From Nitrospinales bacterium (GTDB lineage: Bacteria > Nitrospinota > Nitrospinia > Nitrospinales > VA-1), in the NCBI GenBank assembly GCA_965223345.1, contig CBDCWG010000001.1:128001-192000 (forward strand): a stretch of 64,000 nucleotides of DNA, read 5' to 3'. The notes under the pieces are model-generated. The model had not been told where the DNA came from. It was given only the letters and a program-made list of their open reading frames with translations, and searched no databases. Position 1 is the first letter of the stretch. The number at the start of each line of letters is the position of its first letter. The position numbers and the translations under genes were made by a program. Positions 8,341-17,137 of the stretch are shown in pieces.

Positions 8341-10179
8341 TCAATCCAGTTCAAATTCATTTTTCCAGTCGTCTTTCTCTTTCCATTCGGGCTGCTCGGA
8401 TTTTTTGATGAGAATGTTTTCCAAGACCAGGTAATCCATCTCCGTCCGCATGAAGCAGCGGTAGGAATCCTCTGGCGTGCAGACGATGGGTTCCCCGCGC
8501 ACGTTGAAGGAGGTGTTGACCAGGACCGGGCATCCGGTGTGCTTTTCGAACGAATCGAGCAACTGGTAAAAACGGGGATTCGTTTCTTCGTGCACGGTTT
8601 GAATGCGTGCCGAGTAATCGACATGCGTGACAGCGGGAATCTTCGAGCGGGGCACGTTGAGTTTGTCGATGCCGAACAGTTTCTGTTCTTCTTCTGTCAT
8701 GAGGATACGCAGATCTTCCCGGACCGGAGCCACGAGCAGCATGTAGGGGCTTGCGGATTCGATATCGAACCACTCCGACACTTTTTCAGCCTTCACCGCC
8801 GGAGCGAACGGGCGGAACGATTCCCGGTATTTGATCTTCAGGTTCATGACCGACTGCATTTTGCGGCTTCGGGGGTCGCCGATGATGGAACGCCCACCCA
8901 ATGCGCGCGGTCCGAATTCCATGCGTCCGGCGCACCAGCCGATGACATTCTCTTCGGCCAGCAGTTCGGCCAGCCGCGGCATCAATTCCTTGTCTTTCAA
9001 AAAATGGTAGGGGGCCCCGATGCTGTCGAGATACTTCCGGACGGACTCGTTGTCAAACCGGGGTCCCAGGTAGCTGCCTTGCATCGAATCGGATGGCTGG
9101 ACCTTGCGGGGGCGATCGTGAAATTCATGCCACGCGGACAATGCCGCGCCCAGCGCGCCGCCTGCGTCTCCCGCCGCGGGTTGAATCCAGATGTTCTCAA
9201 AAGGGCCTTCTCTCAAGATCCGTCCATTGGCCACGCAGTTGAGCGCCACCCCGCCTGCCAGGCACAGGTTTCGTTTCCCCAACTCTTTGTGAGCGGTGCG
9301 CGCCAGACGCAATACGATTTTCTCGGTCACTTCCTGGATGGAACGGGCGATGTCCATCTCTCGTTGATGTAGTTTCGTCTCGGAAGTCCGCGGCGGTCCG
9401 CCGAATAAATCGTGAAACTTGCGCCCGGTCATGGTCAGGCCGGTGGAATAATTGAAATACTTCATATTGAGACGGAAAGTCCCGTCTTCCTTGAGATCCA
9501 CCAGGTTATCCAGGATCGTGTCCACGTATTTGGGTTCGCCGTAGGGAGCCAGCCCCATGAGCTTGTATTCGCCTGAATTGACCTTGAAACCGCAATAGTA
9601 GGTGAATGCCGAATACAGCAGTCCTAAAGAATGTGGAAAGTCGATCTCCCACTGTGGCGTGAGGCGGTTGCTTTCCCCAAGCCAGAGAGAGCTGGTGGCC
9701 CATTCACCCACCCCGTCGAGACACAAAACGGCGGCCTCCTTGAAAGGGCTGGCAAAAAATGCTGAAGCTGCGTGCGAACGGTGGTGTTCGTTGAAAAGCA
9801 GAGAAGGGAGGTCGTTTGCAGCCACCTCACCCAGGGCGGCGAATTCTCTTTTCAAGACGGTCTTTAGAAACAGTTTTTCTTTCAACCAAACCGGCATGGC
9901 TGCCACGAAAGAACGGATCCCTTTGGGTGCGTGACCCAGATAGGTTTCCAACAGGCGCTCGAATTTGAGTAAGGGTTTGTCGTAAAAGACAATGTAATCA
10001 ATATCCTGAAGGTTGCAGCCCGCTTCTTCGAGGCAATAGGCGATGGCTCGGGCGGGGAAACCCGAATCGTGCTTTTTGCGCGTGAACCGCTCCTCCTGTG
10101 CCGCGGCAATGATTTCACCGTCATGCAATAAAGCGGCAGCACTGTCGTGGTAATAAGCAGATAATCCAAGAATATTCAT
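8341..10179 (-). CDS. O-carbamoyltransferase, NodU/CmcH/SxtI family
   Basis: Motifs YHDSAAAL, EERFTRKKH, HHRSHAASAF, DGVGEW, GEYKLMGLA, GGVALNCVAN, EFGPRALG, RESFRPFAP, NTSFNVRGEP. Confidence 0.96.
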   Translation of the reverse strand: MNILGLSAYYHDSAAALLHDGEIIAAAQEERFTRKKHDSGFPARAIAYCLEEAGCNLQDIDYIVFYDKPLLKFERLLETYLGHAPKGIRSFVAAMPVWLKEKLFLKTVLKREFAALGEVAANDLPSLLFNEHHRSHAASAFFASPFKEAAVLCLDGVGEWATSSLWLGESNRLTPQWEIDFPHSLGLLYSAFTYYCGFKVNSGEYKLMGLAPYGEPKYVDTILDNLVDLKEDGTFRLNMKYFNYSTGLTMTGRKFHDLFGGPPRTSETKLHQREMDIARSIQEVTEKIVLRLARTAHKELGKRNLCLAGGVALNCVANGRILREGPFENIWIQPAAGDAGGALGAALSAWHEFHDRPRKVQPSDSMQGSYLGPRFDNESVRKYLDSIGAPYHFLKDKELMPRLAELLAEENVIGWCAGRMEFGPRALGGRSIIGDPRSRKMQSVMNLKIKYRESFRPFAPAVKAEKVSEWFDIESASPYMLLVAPVREDLRILMTEEEQKLFGIDKLNVPRSKIPAVTHVDYSARIQTVHEETNPRFYQLLDSFEKHTGCPVLVNTSFNVRGEPIVCTPEDSYRCFMRTEMDYLVLENILIKKSEQPEWKEKDDWKNEFELD

Positions 10180-10577
10180 AACAACCCAATTTGAACAAAA
10201 GGAAAAGTCTATTTCTTGGAAAATTAATTCAAGGAGACATTAATAATTCGTAAAAGTACCATAAAATTATTGCGAAAATTTTATATTAAACCACCCTGGC
10301 CACTAGGGAGGGAGAGGCAAAAATTCCACTAGCCACTTGTTTTCAAAAATTTAATGCATTCCTGGCAGTCCTCAAAAAAATAATTGCCAGAGTAATTACC
10401 TGCCCCGATAATTTGTACCACCTTCTATGTTAGAGCCTACACCTTGAGGGTGGGGACCCCCAAATGGGTTTACAGGGTGAGAGTAAACCTGTCAAAAAAG
10501 CACCTTATTTTTCTATTTTAAATCCAGGTATAGGTGAGAGGGGTTGCTGAAAACTCTGTCGATTTCCTTTACTGAGT

Positions 10578-10760
10578 TCATTTTTTCACCTTTTTTCTTC
10601 TTTTGGGATCCCATTGCCCATCTCGAATCCATTTAAAAAATAGTTTTTCGTCAATCATAATTCGTCGGCCCGGCCGGAGAACCGCTCCCAACTCTTCTAA
10701 TCCATTATTTTCACTGTTAGAAACGTAGAAATTCAGCACTCCATTCGACAAGGTTGATCT
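10578..10760 (-). pseudogene. Remnant of an excisionase-like small DNA-binding protein
   Basis: ...NSENNGLEELGAVLRPGRRIMIDEKLFFKWI resembles small HTH proteins found next to integrases. No convincing start; it abuts the truncated integrase. Confidence 0.5.
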
Positions 10761-10773
10761 GCCTGATGCCGAT

Positions 10774-11343
10774 GTGAAGTATATCCGGTTCCTAAAGCCT
10801 GAAGAAGAGAAGGTCCTGTACCCAGCACTCAAAGCACATCCGTGGCTTTTCCCGGTGGTTCTGATTGCAAAGGAAACCGGGTTCCGCAGGTTCAACCTTT
10901 GTGGTCTCACTGTTTCCCAACTGAATTTCAAGGATAGGACCATTTATATGGGAGAAACGAAGAACGGGGAGCCGGTTCTTCAACCCATGACTGACGGGGT
11001 TTACCGGGAGCTTCGCGGGTTGATCATTTCCCCGGACAGAAACCCAGACCATCCGGAGGTCTTTCAGCTAAACGGAGAACCGTTGAAGGGTCAAACCTTT
11101 TATCAGGCGTTTAAGCGGCTGTGCGTCCGTTGTGGGATTGAGGATTTCCGGGGCCACGATCTGCGACATGACTTCTGTTTCAAGCTGTTTCAGGCAGGTG
11201 AGCAACTGGCAACGGTGGCGGTGTTAGCTGGACGCAATGATATCCGGAGCACCCGAAGGTATTCGCACCCGGATACATCAGGAAAGAGGAAATCAATCTC
11301 GAAACTGAAGCCTTTCGGCTTCAAAACGGCTTCATCTGATTAA
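10774..11343 (+). pseudogene. Truncated tyrosine recombinase/integrase (catalytic domain only)
   Basis: TGFR, TKNG, HDLRH and RRYSH are present. The usual LGH appears as AGR, and there is no N-terminal binding domain. Adjacent to tRNA-Val. Confidence 0.82.
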
Positions 11344-11381
11344 AGGGAATCGAGTGAAGACTGATAACCCCTTAAAAAAAA

Positions 11382-11453
11382 TGGGCGCGGAAGGGTTCGA
11401 ACCTCCGACTTCTGCCATGTGAGGGCAGCACTCTACCACTGAGTTACGCGCCC
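11382..11453 (-). tRNA. tRNA-Val(CAC), CCA not encoded
   Basis: GGGCGCG-TA-ACTC AGTGGTA GAGT-G-CTGCC CTCACAT GGCAG-AAGTC-GGAGG TTCGAAC CCTTC-CGCGCCC-A forms a full cloverleaf. Confidence 0.95.
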
Positions 11454-11476
11454 GCTGTGGGGGACTGGATCGAGGG

Positions 11477-11908
11477 TCAGTCGTCTCGATCGCTATTGCT
11501 TTTCAACTGATTGACAAACGCCTCGCGTTCCCGGCGCAGTTTTTCCTTGAACTGATCGACGCCGCCGTACTTTTTGGCATAACGATTGCGGATCTGCTCC
11601 ACGCTGCGGATCTTGGTGGCGCCGTCGCCGACCAGGCAGTTCCCCGCTCTGTCGCAGGCCCAGATGGGGAGGTCCTTTTCCACCTGATCGCGCAGGTCTT
11701 CCGGGATGTTGTCGTTGTGCGGCAGCCCGGCATAATTCGCATCGACCCGTTCCTCGATGCGGTCCAGCTCTTTCACCAGATCCTCGATCTTTTCGCCGTC
11801 CCAGGCTCCGACTTCCTCCTCCCCGTCGGCGGACATAATGCGGTTTTTCAGACGCGGATCGATCTTCACTTCATCGAGCGAGAAACGCCTGCGATGTTCT
11901 TCCGCCAT
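11477..11908 (-). CDS. Hypothetical protein
   Basis: 143 aa ORF with GAGG RBS and host-like codon usage. Confidence 0.7.
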   Translation of the reverse strand: MAEEHRRRFSLDEVKIDPRLKNRIMSADGEEEVGAWDGEKIEDLVKELDRIEERVDANYAGLPHNDNIPEDLRDQVEKDLPIWACDRAGNCLVGDGATKIRSVEQIRNRYAKKYGGVDQFKEKLRREREAFVNQLKSNSDRDD

Positions 11909-12054
11909 GATAAAATCACCTCAGTGCAAACATTGGAGAGGAACGCCTTCGATTTCCGGAGCGGTCTTTATTTTTAGCACTAATCCCAAATCAAAAGCAA
12001 ATTTCCTTGCGGGATCGGCTTTCCGATACGTTCACGAAATACTAGGTACAAATC

Positions 12055-12375
12055 ATGGCGAAAGAACACGATTGTCCCATCGAGAGCGGCAAACTCAAAC
12101 CCACCGACGTGAAATGCCCGGTCTGCAGGAAAGGCGTGCTGGCGCCCGGGCGCGGCCGTTTCGGCGTCATCTGGAAGTGCGACGCCGACAGCAAACCCAG
12201 GTGCAAATTTTATACGGAAACGAAACCGACGGGAAAAAAATGCAGCTTCGTCCGCGACCACGGCAAAAAATGCGGCGCGCTCATGGTCGAAGGCACCAAG
12301 ACCATCCCGGACCGTTGCAGCGAAAAAACCTGCCCCAACCGCAATCCCCACAAACTGGCGAAAAACGCATCCTGA
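12055..12375 (+). CDS. Stand-alone topoisomerase-type C4 zinc-ribbon protein
   Basis: CPVC...GRFGVIWKC......C followed by a second Cys set (CSF, CGALMV, CSEKTC). Confidence 0.75.
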   Translation: MAKEHDCPIESGKLKPTDVKCPVCRKGVLAPGRGRFGVIWKCDADSKPRCKFYTETKPTGKKCSFVRDHGKKCGALMVEGTKTIPDRCSEKTCPNRNPHKLAKNAS

Positions 12376-12391
12376 ATCCCGTACTGGAATT

Positions 12392-12775
12392 TCAGTAGTA
12401 CGCGCCGTACAGAATGAGGGCGGAAAGCACAATCGCCGCGCCGCCGCCCACCGTGCAGTAGGTGGCAAGGAAACGCTCGCCCGGAATCCATTTCAGCATG
12501 ACATCCGGCGCCAGCAGGAACAGCGTCGATTTGATCACCGCGATCCAGCCGATGAGCGTCACGATGACGGACGGGCTCATCGTCCAGTGGTTGTGCACCG
12601 TGACCACCGTGAGACCGATGATGAGACCGGTCAGCGCCGAAAACGGCAGCGACAACGACTGCCGGTCGAAATGAGTCACGAGATTGATCCAGAATTTTTT
12701 CTGCAGCACTAGAGACCAGCCGAGAATGAAATACAGGTAGCCGACGATTTTTTCCACGACGAGAGCGAGTTCCAT
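12392..12775 (-). CDS. Membrane protein with about four TM helices
   Basis: MELALVVEKIVG...; VHNHW...VTLIGW...K motif; hydrophobic throughout. Confidence 0.7.
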   Translation of the reverse strand: MELALVVEKIVGYLYFILGWSLVLQKKFWINLVTHFDRQSLSLPFSALTGLIIGLTVVTVHNHWTMSPSVIVTLIGWIAVIKSTLFLLAPDVMLKWIPGERFLATYCTVGGGAAIVLSALILYGAYY

Positions 12776-13004
12776 GATGAGCCTCGAATTGTAAGGTTGC
12801 AGGAGAAGGATGGATCGCAATGCCTCACTTGAAAAATAGGTCCTTTTTGCAGAATAACAACCGGTAAAAAACGCGCCGAAAGCCTCGGTGCGCAAGGCCC
12901 GCAAGGGCTCATCCCGGCATTTGAATTTTTTTAGGTTTTATTTTACAAACCGCAGACCTTGCGAGACGCCGTGTTGTTTGAGCGTTGGCAATCCGAAAAA
13001 AATA

Positions 13005-13043
13005 TTGATTTCTTAAAATAGGTGTATATACTCATAATTATGA
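13005..13043 (+). promoter_or_regulatory. Sigma-70-like promoter with an adjacent palindrome
   Basis: TTGATT-16-TATACT followed by the perfect palindrome TCATAATTATGA (13032-13043). Confidence 0.5.
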
Positions 13044-13085
13044 ATTGAAACCAAAACCTTCAATGCGAGAGAAGGGAGGGAGAGC

Positions 13086-13841
13086 ATGAACTTTTCCTCA
13101 ACACAGCTGTTATTGAGCATCGAACTGACCTTCCTGCTGGCGATCGCCTGGCACAGCCAGCGCCGGGCAAAGCCGCAGCCCCCGACGGGGGCGGTCTATC
13201 TGTATATTTTGTGGATCGTCCTGTTCAGCATTTTGGCCGGGGTGCTGGGCGCGCGCGGCGTATACGTTTCCGAGGCGCTGTTGCCGTGGCTGCCGGGGCT
13301 TTGGCTCCAGGGAGTCACCGTCGCTGCCGTCGTGCTGCCAGTCGTCCTGTTTGCCGCCGTCCGCAACGGCATTCGCCGCATCGTCGATGCCACGCCCTGG
13401 CATTGGTTCGCTTACTTTCACGCCCTGAGAATCGCGGCGATCGGCACCGCTTACAAAGCGTGGATCGGCGCGTTCCCGCTGGCTTTTGAAATCGCCGTGG
13501 GCATTCCCGATCTGCTGTTCGGCTTGTCGGCGTTCTGGGTTGCGGCGAAAGCGAAACGCGGGGAGATCAGCGAGCGCGGTTTCATGATCTGGAACGGCAT
13601 CGGGTTTCTCGTCATCGTGCCCGCGGCGCAGATCTTTCTGCAGCTCGGTCTGCCCGGCCCGCTGCAGGTGTTCACCGCTCTTCCGGATTCGCGGGCGGTG
13701 CTCACCTATCCCATGTCGGTCGCATCCATGGTGGGGGTTCCGTTGTTTGTGCTGATCAACCTGGCCGTGGCGTGGCGTCTTTGGGAGAGGACGGCAAAGG
13801 AAACACCGGGCCTGGACACCCGGCGGGTTTCCATTAAATGA
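13086..13841 (+). CDS. Multi-pass membrane protein of unknown function
   Basis: GGGAGG RBS; about 7 hydrophobic segments. Confidence 0.75.
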   Translation: MNFSSTQLLLSIELTFLLAIAWHSQRRAKPQPPTGAVYLYILWIVLFSILAGVLGARGVYVSEALLPWLPGLWLQGVTVAAVVLPVVLFAAVRNGIRRIVDATPWHWFAYFHALRIAAIGTAYKAWIGAFPLAFEIAVGIPDLLFGLSAFWVAAKAKRGEISERGFMIWNGIGFLVIVPAAQIFLQLGLPGPLQVFTALPDSRAVLTYPMSVASMVGVPLFVLINLAVAWRLWERTAKETPGLDTRRVSIK

Positions 13842-13849
13842 GGTCAGGG

Positions 13850-14653
13850 CTATTTTCTGGCGACGAACAGCAGGTGGTTGGCGGTGTGCCAGGGTGCGAT
13901 CTTTTTCAGCATTGCGGCGATCCATTCCGCCGCCCAAGTGGTCTGGCCGAGAGTGTCTCTCTGAAAGCATTCGCAGAGCATGAACAACGAAAAACTGTGG
14001 GACACCGGGGCCTCCACCTCGATGTGAAAACCGGCGGCTTGCAAAATTTTGCGCATTTCCTGCTTGCTGTGCAGTTTCATGTACAGGTCGTGCTCGTGCG
14101 AGCCGTCGAGGGCGGGTTTCCCCGCGATGCGGCGGACCCACGGATTTGTCCGCAGTCGTTGCAGAACATTGTCGGGGTTGTGGATGAACCGGCTCAAAAA
14201 ATTGTCCGCCGGAACCATCATCAACAGGACGCCGCCGGGTTTCAGAATGCGGCGCGCTTCCCGGATCGCCGCGTCCGGGCCGTCGGGAAAATGCTCGACC
14301 ACGCCATAGGAAAGGTAGGCCCCGAACGTATCATCCGGAAACGGGCAGTGATGCACATCGGCGCAGGCCAGCTGCAGGTCGGTGCGGAAATGTTTGAGGC
14401 GGGACAGCGCCGAGAAAACGAAATCGACGCCGACGATGCGGTGCCCCTGTTCGCGGAAATAGATCACTTTCGGGCCCAGCCCGCAGCCCGCTTCCAGTAT
14501 CAGTTCCCCTTTCAGCAGGAAACGCTCATACAGCGCGCGTTCCTCACGGGCGCGCGGGTAGTCGTTGGTCTTGAGCAACGCTTCGATATCGTTGCGCGAC
14601 CATTCCTCCTCAAACTCCACCCGCGTCTGATCGTATTGTTCGCTGGAATCCAT
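13850..14653 (-). CDS. Class I SAM-dependent methyltransferase
   Basis: Motifs ILEAGCGLG, VGVDF, GVVEHF, RILKPGG; GGAGG RBS before ATG 14653. Confidence 0.88.
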   Translation of the reverse strand: MDSSEQYDQTRVEFEEEWSRNDIEALLKTNDYPRAREERALYERFLLKGELILEAGCGLGPKVIYFREQGHRIVGVDFVFSALSRLKHFRTDLQLACADVHHCPFPDDTFGAYLSYGVVEHFPDGPDAAIREARRILKPGGVLLMMVPADNFLSRFIHNPDNVLQRLRTNPWVRRIAGKPALDGSHEHDLYMKLHSKQEMRKILQAAGFHIEVEAPVSHSFSLFMLCECFQRDTLGQTTWAAEWIAAMLKKIAPWHTANHLLFVARK

Positions 14654-14777
14654 TCGCAACCCTCCGTGATTGTCGCAACGGATCTTAGCAAAAAACCGGC
14701 ATGCGCGACATAATTGCTTTCCGCTAAAGCCGGACTTCAATCCAGCGGTTTCAGGTCGGTGTGGCTCGGAAGGGTTT

Positions 14778-15191
14778 TTAGTTGCCGGTTTTGGCGGCGC
14801 GCAGCTCGACCGTGTTGCCGTCCGGATCCTGGATGTAGATGGATCGGCCGTCGCCCTCGGCCCCGTAGCGCGTTGCGAACTCCGTCGCGGCGATCTGTTT
14901 GTCTTTCAGATAACGGATCAGCGCGTCCTCGTCGAACGGCTCCACCTGCAGGCAAAAATGATCCAGGTTGTTGTCGCCTGCGGTCGGAGCGCCGCCTCCC
15001 CGTTTGCCGAGTTCGCTGTCGATCGCGACGACATCGATCAAACACTCTCCGGCCCGCAACTGCGTGAGGCCCAGTGCTTTGTCCGATTGCCTTTCCACCA
15101 CGCAGCCAAGCACGTCGCAGTAAAACGCGATCAAGCCGTCGGGATTGTCTGTCCGCAACACGATGTGGTCGATTTTCCTGATGACGATCAT
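14778..15191 (-). CDS. VOC/glyoxalase family protein
   Basis: Motifs IDHIVL, FYCDVLG, LDHFCL, SIYIQDPDGNTVEL. Confidence 0.9.
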   Translation of the reverse strand: MIVIRKIDHIVLRTDNPDGLIAFYCDVLGCVVERQSDKALGLTQLRAGECLIDVVAIDSELGKRGGGAPTAGDNNLDHFCLQVEPFDEDALIRYLKDKQIAATEFATRYGAEGDGRSIYIQDPDGNTVELRAAKTGN

Positions 15192-15274
15192 GGGGACGCT
15201 TCCTTGAGCAGTGGGGCGCTCACTGCGGGTTTAAGGGAATGCGGTTTTCTATCCCCGGATTATACCAGACCCGC

Positions 15275-15814
15275 TTACAGTTCCTCTTCGGTGTAGCGCG
15301 GCGTGATGTGCTGCGGACAGTTCCAGTCGAACGCGTGCACACGCAGCACGACGATGCGTTCGATCTTCGCCTTGTAGTCCGGCAGGGAGACTTGCTCAAG
15401 CAGCTCCAGATTCGAGTCCGCATCGAGGATTTCGGCCTCCGCCCAGATTTTCAACCGCTGCTGCTTGGCGTAATCCATCAGGAACAGCACGGTTTTTTTG
15501 TTGTCCAAGAGATTCCCGGTGCTGATGTATTGCCCGTTGCCGCGAAAATCGGCGTACGCCAGCGTGCGGTCGTCCAGGACTTTGAGAAATCCCTTGGGGC
15601 CGCCGCGAAACTGCAAGTAGGGCCAGCCGTTTTCCCCGACCGAGGCCAGGTAAAATCCGTCCCGGTTTTTGATGTATCCCTTCTCCTGCCAGGTCAAGCG
15701 GTTACGGAAATCCCCGGCCTGCTCCATTTTTGCGTACGAGCTGCGCGTCCCGTATTTCATCTGCTGGGCTTTGACGCTGTTGGTGAAAGCGAGTTCGGTG
15801 AAATTCTGTGTCAT
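15275..15814 (-). CDS. Pyridoxamine 5'-phosphate oxidase-related FMN-binding protein
   Basis: Motifs GWPYLQFRGGPKGF, ADFRGNGQYIS.GNL, FLMDY, FDWNCPQHITPR. Confidence 0.88.
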   Translation of the reverse strand: MTQNFTELAFTNSVKAQQMKYGTRSSYAKMEQAGDFRNRLTWQEKGYIKNRDGFYLASVGENGWPYLQFRGGPKGFLKVLDDRTLAYADFRGNGQYISTGNLLDNKKTVLFLMDYAKQQRLKIWAEAEILDADSNLELLEQVSLPDYKAKIERIVVLRVHAFDWNCPQHITPRYTEEEL

Positions 15815-15884
15815 GGTGTCCCTTCCTCCCTGGATAACATTTATCGCCCGTGCCCCCCGCAGCAAGCAGGGGGCGTCCGGTGAT

Positions 15885-16247
15885 TCAGAATGTGAGAACG
15901 TTGTAACCCTGCGCCTGCAGGTTGCTCAGGCTGGGCAGGCCGGTGGTTTTGGGCACCGAATTGTCCTTGATGAGTTCGTAGCCGGAGGTATCGGCGCCGA
16001 ACACATCCGCACAGGCGCAGGACACGCCCTGAATCGTGTCCGCCACCGCCTCGAACAGATCGTGCGCCGGGTGGTCTTGCTTTTCCAGCACTTCCGGCCA
16101 GCGGGTGCCCGCGCCTTGAAAAAGAACGGAGACCTCTTGGCCTGCGTTCTTGAAATCGTAGGCCGCTGCCAGCGCGTTGAAGACGCGTCCCAGCGATTCT
16201 TCGGAACCGTTTTTAGGATCGGATAGTACGATGATAGCCGTTTTCAT
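15885..16247 (-). CDS. DsrE/DsrF-like sulfur-relay/redox protein
   Basis: GRVFNAL, FQGAGTRW, SCACADVFG and a C-terminal GYNVLTF; AGGAG RBS. Confidence 0.78.
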   Translation of the reverse strand: MKTAIIVLSDPKNGSEESLGRVFNALAAAYDFKNAGQEVSVLFQGAGTRWPEVLEKQDHPAHDLFEAVADTIQGVSCACADVFGADTSGYELIKDNSVPKTTGLPSLSNLQAQGYNVLTF

Positions 16248-16341
16248 TTGAGATACTCCTTATTTTAAAATTTTTAGGGAAACGGTCGGGGCAGAATCCG
16301 TGGTCCCGGCGGCGTTTTGTCTTTAATCATCAAGTTTTGGC

Positions 16342-17079
16342 TTATTTGCCTTTTTTCATTGCCACGACGGCTTCCTTTGTCGAGATGACATCGTTCGCCG
16401 TGAACCGGAAATTGACGAGTGCCGCTGCATAGCCGTCGCCTTCAGGAACCTGGGCGGCCGCTGTGGCGTCTTTTACGACCGCGACTTCGAAGCCCTGCTC
16501 CAGCAACTCCCGCAAATGCGACTCCGTGCAGAGATTGGCCGACATTCCAGCGAGGATCACACGGTCGATGCCGCGCTTGCGTAATTGCAGAACAAGGTCA
16601 TTGGTTTCCGGGCCGTAAATCTTGTGCGGACTGGTGACGACCGTCTTGCCGTCATGAATATGGGATTTGTACTCAGGCAGCCAGTCCGCGCCGGAGCCTT
16701 CGAAGCCTTCCGTCGTCAGCGCTCCCGGGCGATCGAACATCCCTATTTTGTGCATCAATGCTTCCAAAGCGCCTTCGAATTTCCAGCCGTGATCCGTCGG
16801 GTAGTAATAGTGTGGGGAAACAAACACCTCATAGCCATTCGCCTTGGCTGCTTTGAACAGGGCCCCGATATTGGCAACCGTGTTGTTCTCGGTGACGTTT
16901 TTCCCCACGACGCCCCAGGTCACACCTTTGGGACTCAGGAAATCGATCTGCGGGTCGGTGATGACAAGCGCCGTATTCGACGTGTCGATGGTCATGCCGG
17001 GGTCTGGCAGCTCCGCGTTCGCCTGTCCGATCATCACCAATGCTGCAACCAGGACGGTAGTCAGATAGGAGTGTTTCAT
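16342..17079 (-). CDS. Isochorismatase-family cysteine hydrolase with a signal peptide
   Basis: Asp-Lys-Cys triad (TDPQIDF, PHK, ANLCTESH); N-terminus MKHSYLTTVLVAALVMIGQANA. Confidence 0.88.
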   Translation of the reverse strand: MKHSYLTTVLVAALVMIGQANAELPDPGMTIDTSNTALVITDPQIDFLSPKGVTWGVVGKNVTENNTVANIGALFKAAKANGYEVFVSPHYYYPTDHGWKFEGALEALMHKIGMFDRPGALTTEGFEGSGADWLPEYKSHIHDGKTVVTSPHKIYGPETNDLVLQLRKRGIDRVILAGMSANLCTESHLRELLEQGFEVAVVKDATAAAQVPEGDGYAAALVNFRFTANDVISTKEAVVAMKKGK

Positions 17080-17137
17080 TTTTATTTGTCCTTTTTTTTG
17101 AGTGTTATGTGATTTGTTTTTTCTGCGATCTAAAAAA

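Larger units (their letters stand above)
5791..11424. mobile_element. Decayed genomic island integrated in tRNA-Val(CAC)
   Basis: Bounded by a duplicated tRNA 3' segment; tyrosine-integrase remnant next to the tRNA; excisionase-like remnant; visibly more AT-rich than the flanks. Confidence 0.88.

Noticed and set aside
6527..10179. Saxitoxin biosynthesis cluster
   Set aside because: No sxtA, sxtG, sxtB or other core genes are in the window; only the I/J/K/L-like module is present.
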